This document shows, one piece after another, positions 37,890-50,001 of a stretch of DNA of 50,001 nucleotides. Position numbers and translations under genes: made by a program. Positions within the stretch are counted from its first letter, which is position 1, and each line of letters begins with the position of its first letter. A model generated the notes under the pieces. That model had not been told where the DNA came from. It saw only the letters and a program-made list of their open reading frames with translations, and did no database searches. Source of the stretch: an uncultured Mycoplasma sp. (GTDB lineage: Bacteria; Bacillota_I; Bacilli_A; Mycoplasmatales; Mycoplasmoidaceae); the NCBI GenBank assembly GCA_947177125.1, contig CAMWTH010000001.1:1-50001 (forward strand). Direction: 5' to 3'.

Positions 37890-39008
37890 TTAATTTCTTA
37901 TAGGTATTAAAATTTGCATAAAATTTTCTTCTTTTTTATCCCTTAAAGTTACAGGTTTTAAACCATCTTCAAATTCAATATAAATTTCGTCATTATCAAA
38001 AACTTTTAGTAATGAAATTAAAAAAGTTGCATTTAAAAGGATTTCTGTTGGATTAGAAACATTACTTTGGCAAGTAATTTCTTCTTTTGAATTTCCTAAT
38101 TCTGAACTATTGAAAGAAATTTCTATTTTTTCTGGATTAAAAATTAGTTTTGCTGCAGCTTTTTTATCCATTGGAGAAAAAACCATCCCTCTTTCAAGTG
38201 CATCTAATAATGTTTTTTTAGAAATTATGGCTTTTTTAGTTTTTGGTAGTGAAAGTATTCTAGAAATGTTTGGAAATTCACCTTCAACTGTTTTTGAAGA
38301 AATTAAAAAATCCTTTATCTTAAAAATAACATTATTATCTGATATGTAAATTTTTACATTTTTATCATGTTCAAGAATTTCTTGAAAAAGATCTATTAAA
38401 TCTATACCAATAACAAATTTAAAATTATCTAAATTACTTTCAAATTTATAAAATGCCAATTTATAACTATCAGTAGCTACAATTTCTAATGTTTTATTTT
38501 CTTTATTAGAAATAAAGCATACTCCACTCATTATGTTTATTTTTTCTTTATTTAAATTAGCTGCATGTTTTATTTTCGTAATGGTTTTTTTAAATACAAC
38601 CGCAGGAATATCTATTTCAGTTCAACCACTGAAATCAAAATTTATATTAGGGTATTTTTCTTCATCTAAAATATTTATATTAGAGTCAAAATAATCTGTT
38701 TGTATTTTTAAAACTGAATTATCTATTTTTTCTAAATTTATCATTTCATTTTTTAATTTAGAAAGAACATTAAATAAAGTTCTAGTTTTTACTAAAACTT
38801 TCCCATTATTTAAAATATTTAATGATTCATCTTTTTCAATAATAGACTTAATAGAAATTAAACCATTTGAAGAAGTAAACTTTAGTTTTGAGTTTTCAAC
38901 TTCAATTAATGTACCTAAAAAATTAGGTGATGAATTTAAATTATCAGAAATAGAATTACAAATTTTAACAGGTTCAAATATCTTTTTTTTATTAACTATA
39001 ATTTTCAT
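37890..39008 (-). CDS. dnaN: DNA polymerase III beta clamp (372 aa)
   Basis: VATDSYKLA, EGEFPN, QILIPIR; follows dnaA; joined through TGA at 38622. Confidence 0.95.
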
Positions 39009-39119
39009 AAAAAACCAAATAAATAATTTAAAGTTATTTTATTTTAAATTATTTATATATTAATAAAATTATTTTAATTATTTTTATTATGCTTGTTTAA
39101 ATTGTTGGAATGTTGGAAA
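39009..39119. promoter_or_regulatory. Candidate oriC part: AT-rich unwinding region with tandem degenerate DnaA-box-like TTCCAACA repeats
   Basis: dnaA-dnaN intergenic; tgttggaa twice at 39103-39118; nearly pure A/T flank; no perfect TTATCCACA. Confidence 0.45.
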
Positions 39120-40469
39120 CTAAAATTTATTAGATATATTTTCTAAAAAAATAGAAAGATCTTTATCTTTATTTTTTTTATCTTCAATATCTTTAATTGA
39201 CTCAATTACAGTGGCATGATTTCTGTTTGAAAAAAAAGAGCCAATTTCATTGTATGAAAGGTTTAATTTTTCTCTTAATATATACATACAAACCTTTCTT
39301 ACAAATGAAAATTCTTTATTTCTTTTTTTTGAAGTTACAGCAGATTTGCTAACTCCATATGATAAACAAACAGTTTCAATAACTATTTCTGGATTTATTT
39401 GTTTTGCAAAATCTGTAATACTATTTTCACTATCTAAATCTATAATTTCTTTTATTTTTTTTTCATTTATTATTTCATTTCCATTTATATTTCCTAACAA
39501 AAAGAAGTATATTTTATTTAAAATTCCTTCAAGTGATCTAATATCATTATTAAATCTAAAAGCAATATACTCAATAGCTGGTAGTGAAAATGTGTTTTTT
39601 ATATTACTTTTTTTAATTTTATTAATAACTATTTTTTTTATTGAATCTATATCAGGCTTATTAATTTTTATATTTAAACCTGAATTAAATCTAGAAATCA
39701 TTCTGTCATCAATTTTTAAACTACTTGGTAATTTATCTGATGTCATTATAATTAATTTATTATTTGAATTTAATTTGTTAAAAATATTAAAAAATATTTC
39801 ATTTAATTTCTCTTTGTTGTTTAAAAATTGAATATCATCAATTAATAAAAGGTCAACATCATTAAAACTATTTTTAAATTCTTCTATTTTCGTTCCACCT
39901 TCAGAAATTGAACGATATATTTTTTCTAAAAAATCTTCAGTTTGAATATACAAAATATTTTTTTCTGGAAATAAACTTTCATATTTGTTACCAATTGCAT
40001 GTAAAAAATGAGTTTTTCCTAAACCTGTATTTGCATATATTAAAAGTGTTTTTCAACTATTATTTCCATCAAAAATAAAATTTGCAGCTTTATATGCATC
40101 TTTATTAAAAATTCCAATGGTATAATCTTCAAATGTTAAGTTTTTATTTAGTGTAATATTACTTTTTTTAATTTTTGATAAGTTTAAATTCAACTCTTTT
40201 TTTGTATCTTTCTCTTCTTTAGTAATAAAAAAAACATTTAAATTAGAATTAGTTTTGCTAGAAAAATAGTCTTCAAAAACTTGTTTATAATCATTGTTTA
40301 AGACTTCTTTTATAAATTCATTTTCAACAATTAAAAAAACATTTTGGTTTTCAAATTTAAAAAATGATGAGTTTTGAACAAAATTATTATAAAAATTTTC
40401 ATTATCAAATTCTTTTTGAATTTCTTTTTTTATAACTGAATAAATTTTTTTTATTTGTGAATTGTTCAT
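39120..40469 (-). CDS. dnaA: Chromosomal replication initiator DnaA (449 aa)
   Basis: TGLGKTH, LLLIDDIQFL, IRSLEG, IGSFFSNRNHATVI; joined through TGA at 40053. Confidence 0.98.
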
Positions 40470-40588
40470 AGTAACTATTTTATTTTTAAATGTGTATTAA
40501 TAAACATTAAAATGTGATAATATTAAAAATATTGTTTGCATTTTTATTATACTAACAAATTAATAATTGAGTTTGAAAAGGAAAAGTA
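40470..40588. promoter_or_regulatory. Divergent dnaA/rpmH promoter region, candidate oriC part
   Basis: Gene orientation switches here; only degenerate box-like words (ttaatacaca, ttatcaca on the minus strand). Confidence 0.45.
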
Positions 40589-40732
40589 ATGAAAAGAACA
40601 TATCAACCAAATAAAAAAAGAAGAGCTAAAAAGCATGGTTTTTTAAACAGAATGTCAACTTCTGATGGAAGAGAAGTAATTAGAAGAAGAAGACAAAAAG
40701 GAAGACACAATTTAACTGTTTCAGACCAATAA
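40589..40732 (+). CDS. rpmH: 50S ribosomal protein L34 (47 aa)
   Basis: [22 protein letters not shown]...RRRQKGR. Confidence 0.98.
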   Translation: MKRTYQPNKKRRAKKHGFLNRMSTSDGREVIRRRRQKGRHNLTVSDQ

Positions 40733-40739
40733 ATTTTTT

Positions 40740-41099
40740 ATGAAGAATAGTAATGTTTTAAAAAGTAAAAAAGACTTTAACAACCTTTTTGAAAACAAAA
40801 CTGTATATTATTCTTCTTTTTTTATTATTTATGCTTCAAAAAATAAATTATCACATTTTCGATATGCAATAGCCCCTAACAAAAAAAACTTTAAATTAGC
40901 TGTTGAAAGAAATAAAATAAAAAGACAAATTAGATCAATTGTTTATGAATTAAAAAATGAAATTTATGGAATAGATTTTTTAATTGTTCCAAAAAACAAC
41001 TATTTTGATACTAATTTTTTTGACAAAAAAAAAGATTTATTAAATTTAATTGCTAAAATCTATTTAAAATTAAATCAAAAAAAATGAAAGGAGAAGTAA
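40740..41099 (+). CDS. rnpA: Ribonuclease P protein component (119 aa)
   Basis: [12 protein letters not shown] motif; rpmH-rnpA-yidC order. Confidence 0.95.
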
Positions 41100-41113
41100 C
41101 AAAATAAATATTT

Positions 41114-42253
41114 ATGTCTAACACTTATTTAAATGATAATGTTGTTGTTTCTCCTTTGTGATCCCAAGCTGTTGATCCATCGAAAGCAAAAAAAGATAAA
41201 ATAATAAAGATTTTAAAAATTATTTTGAAGTTTACAAAATTATTTGTTTATGCTTTTTTGCTTTTAATGGGACTTTGAGGTTGTTTTCAAACAATGGTTG
41301 ATCCAACAGTTAAAACTAGTACAACAATTGGTTCTGGAATGGAATTTGGTTTTCCTTTTGGGACAACAGGTGATTATAGGTATGATTTAGCTGCTGGATT
41401 TAATCAAGAATATTATGCATTCTCTTCAAATTATTGAAATATTAATGATTATGGACCTTTCTTTGGATTGTTTGTTTATCCAGGAGCCATACTTGTTTTA
41501 AATATTATGTATCCATTAAGGGATGCTTGAGGTGGTCTTGATGCACTTCTTGGAATATTCATTTTGCTTTTTATAATTAGGGTAATAACTTTTTTAATTT
41601 CAATAAGGTCCACATTACAATCAGAGCGGATGTCTGAAATTCAAGGAAAACTAGCAGAAATTAATGCCAAATACAAAGATGTAAAAAAAGACATGGCAAT
41701 GAGGCAAAGAAAACAAATTGAAACTAATGAAATTTATAAAAAGTACAACATAAAACCTTTTGCTATGTTTGAACAAATATTTGTGACAATGCCAATTTTC
41801 TTAATTGTGTATCGTGTTGTTACAATACTTAGACCTATCAAGGTTGTAAATTTATTTGGAATATGGGCGCTTAGTGCATCTCCACTTTCAGAAATAACTT
41901 CTAATATATCTAATGGTGGATGAGTTTTCATTTTTTTCTTACTAATAATTGTCCCAACTCAAATTCTTTCTCAAAAGATACCTCAAATATTAGCAAAAAG
42001 AAGAAATGTAAATGCTAAAACACTTTCTCAAAAAGGGAAAGATTCAGCTAAAAAAATGAGAATAACTCAAACTATTATAATGGTTGTACTAGTGTTTATA
42101 GTTGTTCAATCTCCAGCCAGTGTTGGTTTATATTGATTCTTATCTTCTATATTTACAATTATTCAATCTTTAATTCTTCATAAATATGTTATTAAGAAAA
42201 GAAAAAAAGGAATAAGTTTAGAGGATAAATTAAAAGAACTTGGAATAAAATAG
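41114..42253 (+). CDS. yidC: Membrane protein insertase YidC (379 aa)
   Basis: [28 protein letters not shown]; several TM segments; synteny. Confidence 0.92.
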
Positions 42254-42258
42254 TTTTT

Positions 42259-43071
42259 ATGGAAAACCAAAAAAACAAATTTAGTGAGTTCATAAAAAAA
42301 AATAAATTTTTTGCTTCAAAAAAATTGGGGCAAAATTTTTTAATTAATGAAACAATTAAACAAAAAATAGTTGATTCTTTAAATATAAAAAACTCAGATA
42401 ACGTTTTGGAAATAGGACCAGGATTTGGCGCATTAACCAAAAAAATTTTAGAAAAATCTAAAAACTTAACTGTAATAGAACTTGATAAAAGACTTGTAGA
42501 ATTTTTAAAAAAAGAATTCCCTGATTTAAAAATAATTAACCAAGATGTATTAAAATTTGATTTTAAAAGTTTAGAGATATCAAGTTATAAAATTATTTCT
42601 AATTTACCATATAGCATTTCTTCACAAGTAATTTTTAAAATCTTAAAACAGTCAAATTTTAGTGAAGCAGTTTTGATGGTTCAAAAGGAAATGGCTGAAA
42701 GAATAATTGCTAAAGCAGGAACAAAGAAATACAACAACTTTACGATTTTATTAAATTTAACAAGTAATATATTAAAACTTTTTAATGTTTCAAATTCTTG
42801 TTTTTTTCCAAAACCAGAAATTGAATCAACGGTTATAAAATTTTCAAAAAAGAAAAGTTTTGATTTTGAAAAATTTGAAATATTAGAATCATTTTTAAAA
42901 AAATGTTTTTTGCAAAAAAGAAAAACAATTTTTAATAATCTAAAAAAATTTTATAGCAAAGAAAAAATAATTGAAGTTTTTAAAAAAAATAAGATTAATT
43001 TAACAATAAGACCTGAAAATATAGAAGAAGATACTTATTTAAAAATGTGTGTTGATTTTTATGAAATTTAA
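42259..43071 (+). CDS. rsmA: 16S rRNA dimethyladenosine transferase KsgA
   Basis: KKLGQNFL, LEIGPGFG, SNLPYSIS, MVQKE. Confidence 0.98.
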   Translation: MENQKNKFSEFIKKNKFFASKKLGQNFLINETIKQKIVDSLNIKNSDNVLEIGPGFGALTKKILEKSKNLTVIELDKRLVEFLKKEFPDLKIINQDVLKFDFKSLEISSYKIISNLPYSISSQVIFKILKQSNFSEAVLMVQKEMAERIIAKAGTKKYNNFTILLNLTSNILKLFNVSNSCFFPKPEIESTVIKFSKKKSFDFEKFEILESFLKKCFLQKRKTIFNNLKKFYSKEKIIEVFKKNKINLTIRPENIEEDTYLKMCVDFYEI

Positions 43072-43846
43072 AAGTTATCCAAAAATAAATTTAATTTTAC
43101 TTGTTAGCAAAAAATCTAAAAAAAATAGTTTGCATAAAATAATTAGTTTATTTTATTTAGTAAAAGATTCTTTATTTGATGAAATCACTATTGATTTTAG
43201 TAACAATGCTAAAAATGAAATAACATATCAAGATTTTGAAAACAATAAAAGATTTTTTTTAGGAGATTGCATTTTCACAAAAGCAATTAAATTACTTAAA
43301 GAAAACAAGATCATTGAAAATGATGTGTTTTTTAAAATTACAGTGATAAAAAAGTTACCTTTATTTTCTGGATTAGGTTCAGGATCATCTAATGTAGCTT
43401 GTTTATTTCTGTTTTTGTTAAAAAATAAAAAAATAAAACTAAACAATAAAGTAAAAAAAACAATTTTAAAGATTAGTAGTGATTTAATGTTTTTTATAAA
43501 ACAATATGATTGTGCTAAGGTTTTTGGATATGGTGAAAAAGTAAAAAAAATAAAATTAAAAAAGGAAATAAAAGTTAAATTATTTTTTAACAACATTAGA
43601 TGTAGTAGCAAAGATGTATTTAATTATTTTGATACCAACACTTTTAACAAAAAAAATTATTATCTAAATCAGTTTTTGTATTTTAAAATTATTAGAAACA
43701 AAAGATATAAAAATGATTTGCAAATAAGTGCTTTTAATTTATATAAAGACTTACTTGTGGAGTTTGAAAAATTAAAAAAAGAAAATAACAAGGAAATATT
43801 TTTAAGTGGATCTGGTGGAACATTTTTTTCAATCCTATCAGATTAA
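43061..43846 (+). CDS. ispE: 4-diphosphocytidyl-2-C-methyl-D-erythritol kinase (GHMP family)
   Basis: PKINLIL, KKLPLFSGLGSGSSN, LSGSG; directly after rsmA. Confidence 0.88.
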   Translation: MKFKSYPKINLILLVSKKSKKNSLHKIISLFYLVKDSLFDEITIDFSNNAKNEITYQDFENNKRFFLGDCIFTKAIKLLKENKIIENDVFFKITVIKKLPLFSGLGSGSSNVACLFLFLLKNKKIKLNNKVKKTILKISSDLMFFIKQYDCAKVFGYGEKVKKIKLKKEIKVKLFFNNIRCSSKDVFNYFDTNTFNKKNYYLNQFLYFKIIRNKRYKNDLQISAFNLYKDLLVEFEKLKKENNKEIFLSGSGGTFFSILSD

Positions 43847-45328
<1,482 letters not shown>

Positions 45329-46582
45329 ATGAAAGAAGTAACAGAACAAAAAAACAAAACTAATGAAATTTTTAAGAAAAAACTTAATTATTACATTAAA
45401 GATCCCATTCACAAAGAAATTAATTTTTCAAATGATAAGTGATTAGCAGATTTTGCTTTTAGTTTTGAAATGACAAGACTTTTAGAAATAAAGCAATTAG
45501 GAATAAGTTTTAAAATTTTTCCATCTGCCACACAAAATAGATATAGTCATTGTTTAGGTACTTTTTGTGTTGCAAAAAAATTTGCTAAACATTTTATTAA
45601 TCAAATCTCTAAAAATGATAGAAAGTTATTTTTATTAGCTGCAATGCTTCATGACATTGGTCATGGGCCTTTTAGTCATGTTTTTGAAAAAATTTCAAAC
45701 ATTAATCATGAAAAAATGGGAATGGAAATAATTAAAAACCCAAATTTACAAATTTATCATTTATTAAAAAAAAATAAAGTAAATCCTGATAGTTTAATAA
45801 ATGTTTATACTGGAGAATGCAAACAAGAATGAATAAGTAGATTAATTTCTTCTAATTTGGATGTGGATAGAATTGATTATTTACTAAGAGATTCTTATTA
45901 TATTGGGACTTGTTTTTCTACCATTGATATTGATTTTTTAGTTGAAAGATCAGTTTTGCTAGATAATGATGTTTGTTTTACAAAAACTGCAATTAACTAT
46001 ATTGAAAGTTTTTTGTTGGGAAGATTTTATATGCATGATGATATTTATGCAAATAAAAATACATATATCTATGAATGAAGTTTAATAAAAATATTTGAAA
46101 GACTAAAAGAAATAAAAAATACATTTTATGAAAAAAGAAGCAGTGTTTATTTTTATGACTTTTATGAATGAATAGTTTTTGAAAAAAAGGTTAACATTGA
46201 AAAAACCTATATATATTTAAATGACAGCAATCTTTCTTCTTTTTTGTGATCTTTAAAATCTTTAAATGACAAAATATTAAATACATTTATTGATGGTTTT
46301 AATAATATGGGCGATATTTATGCTGTAAATTTTAATTCATATACTTTAGAAGAAATTAAGAAAAAATCTAAAAACATTAGCATTGATGCTAAATATTTAT
46401 TTGATGTTATAGAAAAAAAGAAAAAACAAATTTATTATGAAGGTGAAAAAAACATGATAAATATATATGATTCTGCAAAAAAAGAAGTTTTTAGATTTCC
46501 ATCTGAAAAAATTTTGTCATTTAAAGATAATAAAAAAGAAAACAATAAAATAATATTGATTAATAAAAGTTTAATTAATTAG
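45329..46582 (+). CDS. HD-domain phosphohydrolase, dNTP triphosphohydrolase-like (417 aa)
   Basis: DPIH, RLLEIKQLG, RYSHCLG, LHDIGHGPFSH, DVDRIDYLLRD. Confidence 0.92.
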
Positions 46583-46619
46583 TATAATTTAAAAGATTTA
46601 AAAGGAAAACCATAAATTT

Positions 46620-47159
46620 ATGAGCAAGCATTTAATTGAAATAACTTATGAATATGCAAAAGAAAAGTTTGGTAACACGCCATTTACATTCAAAGAACTT
46701 TTTAATGATTTATTAAAAAAAGACAAATCAATTAGAGATTATGCTAGTGATCTTTACATTGAATTATTACAAGATATCAGATTCATTTCTTTAGGGAAAC
46801 AAAGATGATCATTAAGAGAATATTTTACTCTATCAGAAATAAATAAAATTACATCTTCAATGTTTGGGTTGGATGAATACTATGAAAATGACATTGATGG
46901 ATATATTCCTCCTGTGTCAAAGGTTGAAGAAGAAACAGAAATTGATGAATATATTGATGAAGATTCTGGAAAAAATCTTGATTCAGCTATCATTGTTTCT
47001 GAAGATGATGACATTGTAGTTGAAGATGAAATTAAATCTTCTTCAAACATTGAAAAAGACAATGATGATGATTCTGATGAAGAAGATGATGAAGATGAAA
47101 GTTTTGAAATAGAAGTAGATGATGAATCTGAAGAAATTGAAGATGATTCTGAAGATTAA
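46620..47159 (+). CDS. rpoE: RNA polymerase delta subunit (179 aa)
   Basis: LYIELLQDIRFISLGKQRWSLRE followed by a long acidic tail; upstream of fba. Confidence 0.88.
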
Positions 47160-47192
47160 TAATTTTAATTTGGTTTTTTAAGGAGAAATATT

Positions 47193-48083
47193 ATGATTAC
47201 AAAAGTAGATTATCCTTTTGTTAGTATGAAAAAAATGTTAGCAGATGCAAAAAAAGGAAATTATGCAATTGCTCACATTAACACAAATAATTTAGAATGA
47301 ACAAAAGCAATATTAACAATCGCACAAGAAACTAATACACCAATCATTATTGGTTTATCTGAAGGTGCTGCTAAGTATCAATGTGGTTATAAAACAGTTG
47401 CAGATATGACAGCAGCCATGATTGAAAATTTGAAAATATCTGTGCCAGTAGTTATGCACTTAGATCATGGTTCTTATGATGCTTGTATTCAAGCAATTGA
47501 AGCAGGTTTTAGTTCAATTATGTTTGATGGTTCACATGAACCTTTTGAACAAAATTATCAAAAGGTTGAACAACTTTTAAAAATAATTGGTAATAGAGAC
47601 ATTAGTTTAGAAGCAGAAGTTGGGACAATCGGTGGTGAAGAAGATGGTGTTATTGGTGATGGAGAATTAGCAGACATTGAAGAATGTAAAAAAATTTCTC
47701 AATTACCTATTACTGTTTTAGCAGCTGGAATTGGTAATATTCATGGTTTATACCCTGACAATTGAAAGGGATTAAACTTTGAAAGATTATCAAAAATTAG
47801 TTCAGTAATTGGAGATATTGGTGTTACTTTACATGGTGGTACTGGTATTCCAGATGATCAAATTAAAAAAGCAATTGAATTAGGTGTAGTAAAAATCAAT
47901 GTAAACACTGAATGTCAAGTTGCTTTTCAAGAAGCTGTAAGAAAATATATTGAAGACAAAAAAGATTTAGATAAAGCTAAAAAAGGATTTGATCCAAGAA
48001 AATTATTAAAACCTGGATATGAAGCAATTAAATCTAAAATTTTAGAAAAAATAACTTTATTTGGCTCTTTAAATAAAGCATAA
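47193..48083 (+). CDS. fba: Class II fructose-1,6-bisphosphate aldolase (296 aa)
   Basis: HLDHG, MFDGS, EAEVGTIGGEED, GNIHG, LHGGTG, KINVNT. Confidence 0.97.
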
Positions 48084-48102
48084 GTATTAAAAAAATAAAT
48101 TT

Positions 48103-48129
48103 AATAAATGAATCGTTGATTCATTTATT
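48103..48129 (+). terminator. Intrinsic terminator after fba
   Basis: aataaatgaatc-gtt-gattcatttatt followed by T-rich run. Confidence 0.7.
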
Positions 48130-48153
48130 TTATTTTGAAAATTAGGAGATTTT

Positions 48154-49251
48154 ATGAGTTTATCAACAGGGATTGTCGGGTTACCCAATGTAGGAAAATC
48201 AACATTATTTAATGCTATTACCAATTCTTCAGTTGAAGCTGCTAATTATCCGTTTGCAACTATTGAACCAAATGTAGGAATAGTTAATGTACCTGATAAA
48301 AGATTACAAAATTTAGCAAAACTAATTAACCCAGAAAAAATTGTGGCCAATACATTTAAGTTTGTTGATATTGCAGGACTAGTTAAAGGTGCTAGCAAAG
48401 GTGAAGGTTTAGGTAACAAGTTTTTAAACAACATCAGAGAAGTTGATGCAATTTGTCATGTTGTTAGGTGTTTTGAAAATAGTGATATTACCCATGTTAA
48501 TAGTTCAATAGATGCTATTAGAGATTTAGAAATAATAAACTTAGAGTTAATTTTTGCTGATATTGATGTTATTAATAATAGATTGCAAAAAATTTCAAAA
48601 AAAGCACAATCTGGTGATAAAAGTGCATTTTTTGAAAAAGAAGTTTGTGAAAAAATTCTAACAGTTCTAACAAAAGAAAAATTAGCTAATACAGTTGATT
48701 TAAACGAAAAAGAAAAACAAGTAATTAAAAGCTATTCTTTACTTACTTTAAAACCAGTAATTTATGTGGCTAATGTTTCTGAATCCGATTTATTAAATTT
48801 AAGTAAAAATAATGAATATCAAAAATTAAAAGAAAAAGTTGGAGAAGAAAATATTATTCCTCTTGCAATTAAATTAGAAGAAGATTTATCTAAAATTGAT
48901 AATGATGAAGATAAATTAAACTTTTTAGAAATGGTTGGATTATCTGAAATAGGTTTGAATAAATTAATTTTAAAAGCTTATGAAAAATTAAATTTACAAA
49001 CATATTTTACATATGGAAAAAAAGAAGTAAGAGCTTGAGAATTTAAAAAAGGTATGACAGCACCTGAATGTGCTGGAATAATTCATTCAGATTTTCAAAA
49101 AGGATTTATAAAAGCTGAAGTTATCAAATACAAAGATTTAATTGAACTAAAAAGTGAAGAAGAAGTAAAAAAGCAAGGAAAAATGAAACTTGCAGGAAAA
49201 GACTACATAGTTGAAGATGGTGATATTTGTACTTTCAAATTTAATGTTTAG
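48154..49251 (+). CDS. ychF: Obg-like ATPase YchF (365 aa)
   Basis: GLPNVGKST, ANYPFATIEPN, DIAGL, AGIIHSDF; joined through TGA. Confidence 0.98.
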
Positions 49252-49265
49252 GAGCAAGGAATAGT

Positions 49266-49916
49266 ATGAAAAACAATGCATTTGGAAAAGAAAGAGGATG
49301 AATTGAATTAATTTGTGGTCCCATGTTTGCTGGCAAATCAGAAGAACTTTTAAGAAAACTCAAAAGATTAGATTATGCTGATGTAATTTATCAAGTATTT
49401 AAACCAAAAATTGATACAAGATCAAAAAATGAAATTAAATCCAGAGATGGTAGAAAAATGAATTCTTTAGAATTTGATCACCCTTATGAAATATTTGACA
49501 AAATCTTGTCATTAGAAGTAAACCCTCATGTTATAGCAATTGATGAAGCACAATTTGCTGATGAAACAATTGTTGAAGTTTGTGAAACATTAGCAGATAG
49601 TGGATACATTGTATATGTTTCAGCATTGGACAAAAATTTTAAAAATGAGCCTTTTCCAGTGACTGCAAAAATAGCATGTTGTGCTGAATATGTTCAAAAA
49701 CTTTCAGCAATTTGCACAGATTGTGGTGCTCCTGGATCAATCACACAAAGAATTGTTAATGATAAACCAAGTCATTATGATGAACCTGTAGTCCAAATTG
49801 GTAATTTTGAAACATATACAGTTAAGTGTCGTCACCATCATAAAGTTCCTGGTAAACCAACAGATGATAAAATTAAATTATTTAAAAATGATTTAAAAGC
49901 AAAAATAAAAAAATAA
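49266..49916 (+). CDS. tdk: Thymidine kinase (216 aa)
   Basis: [14 protein letters not shown], CxxC...CRHH zinc motif. Confidence 0.97.
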
Positions 49917-49954
49917 AAAGTTATTTTAATATACAATTTAACTTTTTATTTTTT
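49909..49954 (+). terminator. Intrinsic terminator after tdk
   Basis: aaaaataaaaagtta / taactttttattttt inverted repeat. Confidence 0.65.
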
Positions 49955-49955
49955 C

Positions 49956-50001
49956 CTTGAGTGAAATTTGAAGTGCAACACTATAGTAACACATTTAATA
50001 T
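49956..50001 (+). mobile_element. IS30-family terminal inverted repeat; element runs off the right edge
   Basis: cttgagtgaaatttgaagtgcaacac matches the reverse complement of 26-51 (ctcgattgaaatatgaagtgcaacac) at 23/26 positions. Confidence 0.7.

Overview
Very AT-rich mollicute chromosome segment read in genetic code 4 (TGA=Trp). The supplied ORF track splits most genes at in-frame TGA codons, so I re-joined them by hand; joined lengths assume no unseen TAA/TAG in stretches I did not read codon by codon. Gene content suggests a pneumoniae-group/Malacoplasma-like mycoplasma (inference). The window spans the probable replication origin, where gene orientation switches between dnaA and rpmH. Minus strand: dnaA-dnaN-yaaA-gyrB-gyrA, parA with an RHH partner gene and trmL, galU, a four-gene operon, cysS-rlmB-sigH-like, rplK-rplA, two paralogous PVD-repeat surface proteins, and rpsL-rpsG-fusA-tuf. 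Plus strand: rpmH-rnpA-yidC-rsmA-ispE-gltX-HD hydrolase-rpoE-fba-ychF-tdk. Four IS30-family ends or remnants are also present. Two candidate novel systems stand out. (1) An apparent operon of two large membrane-anchored surface proteins plus catalytically dead paralogues of phosphoglycerate mutase (fused to a ~480-aa extension) and triosephosphate isomerase. (2) A chromosomal plasmid-type partition cassette: ParA, a ribbon-helix-helix adaptor and an upstream array of palindromic repeats with further symmetric sites.
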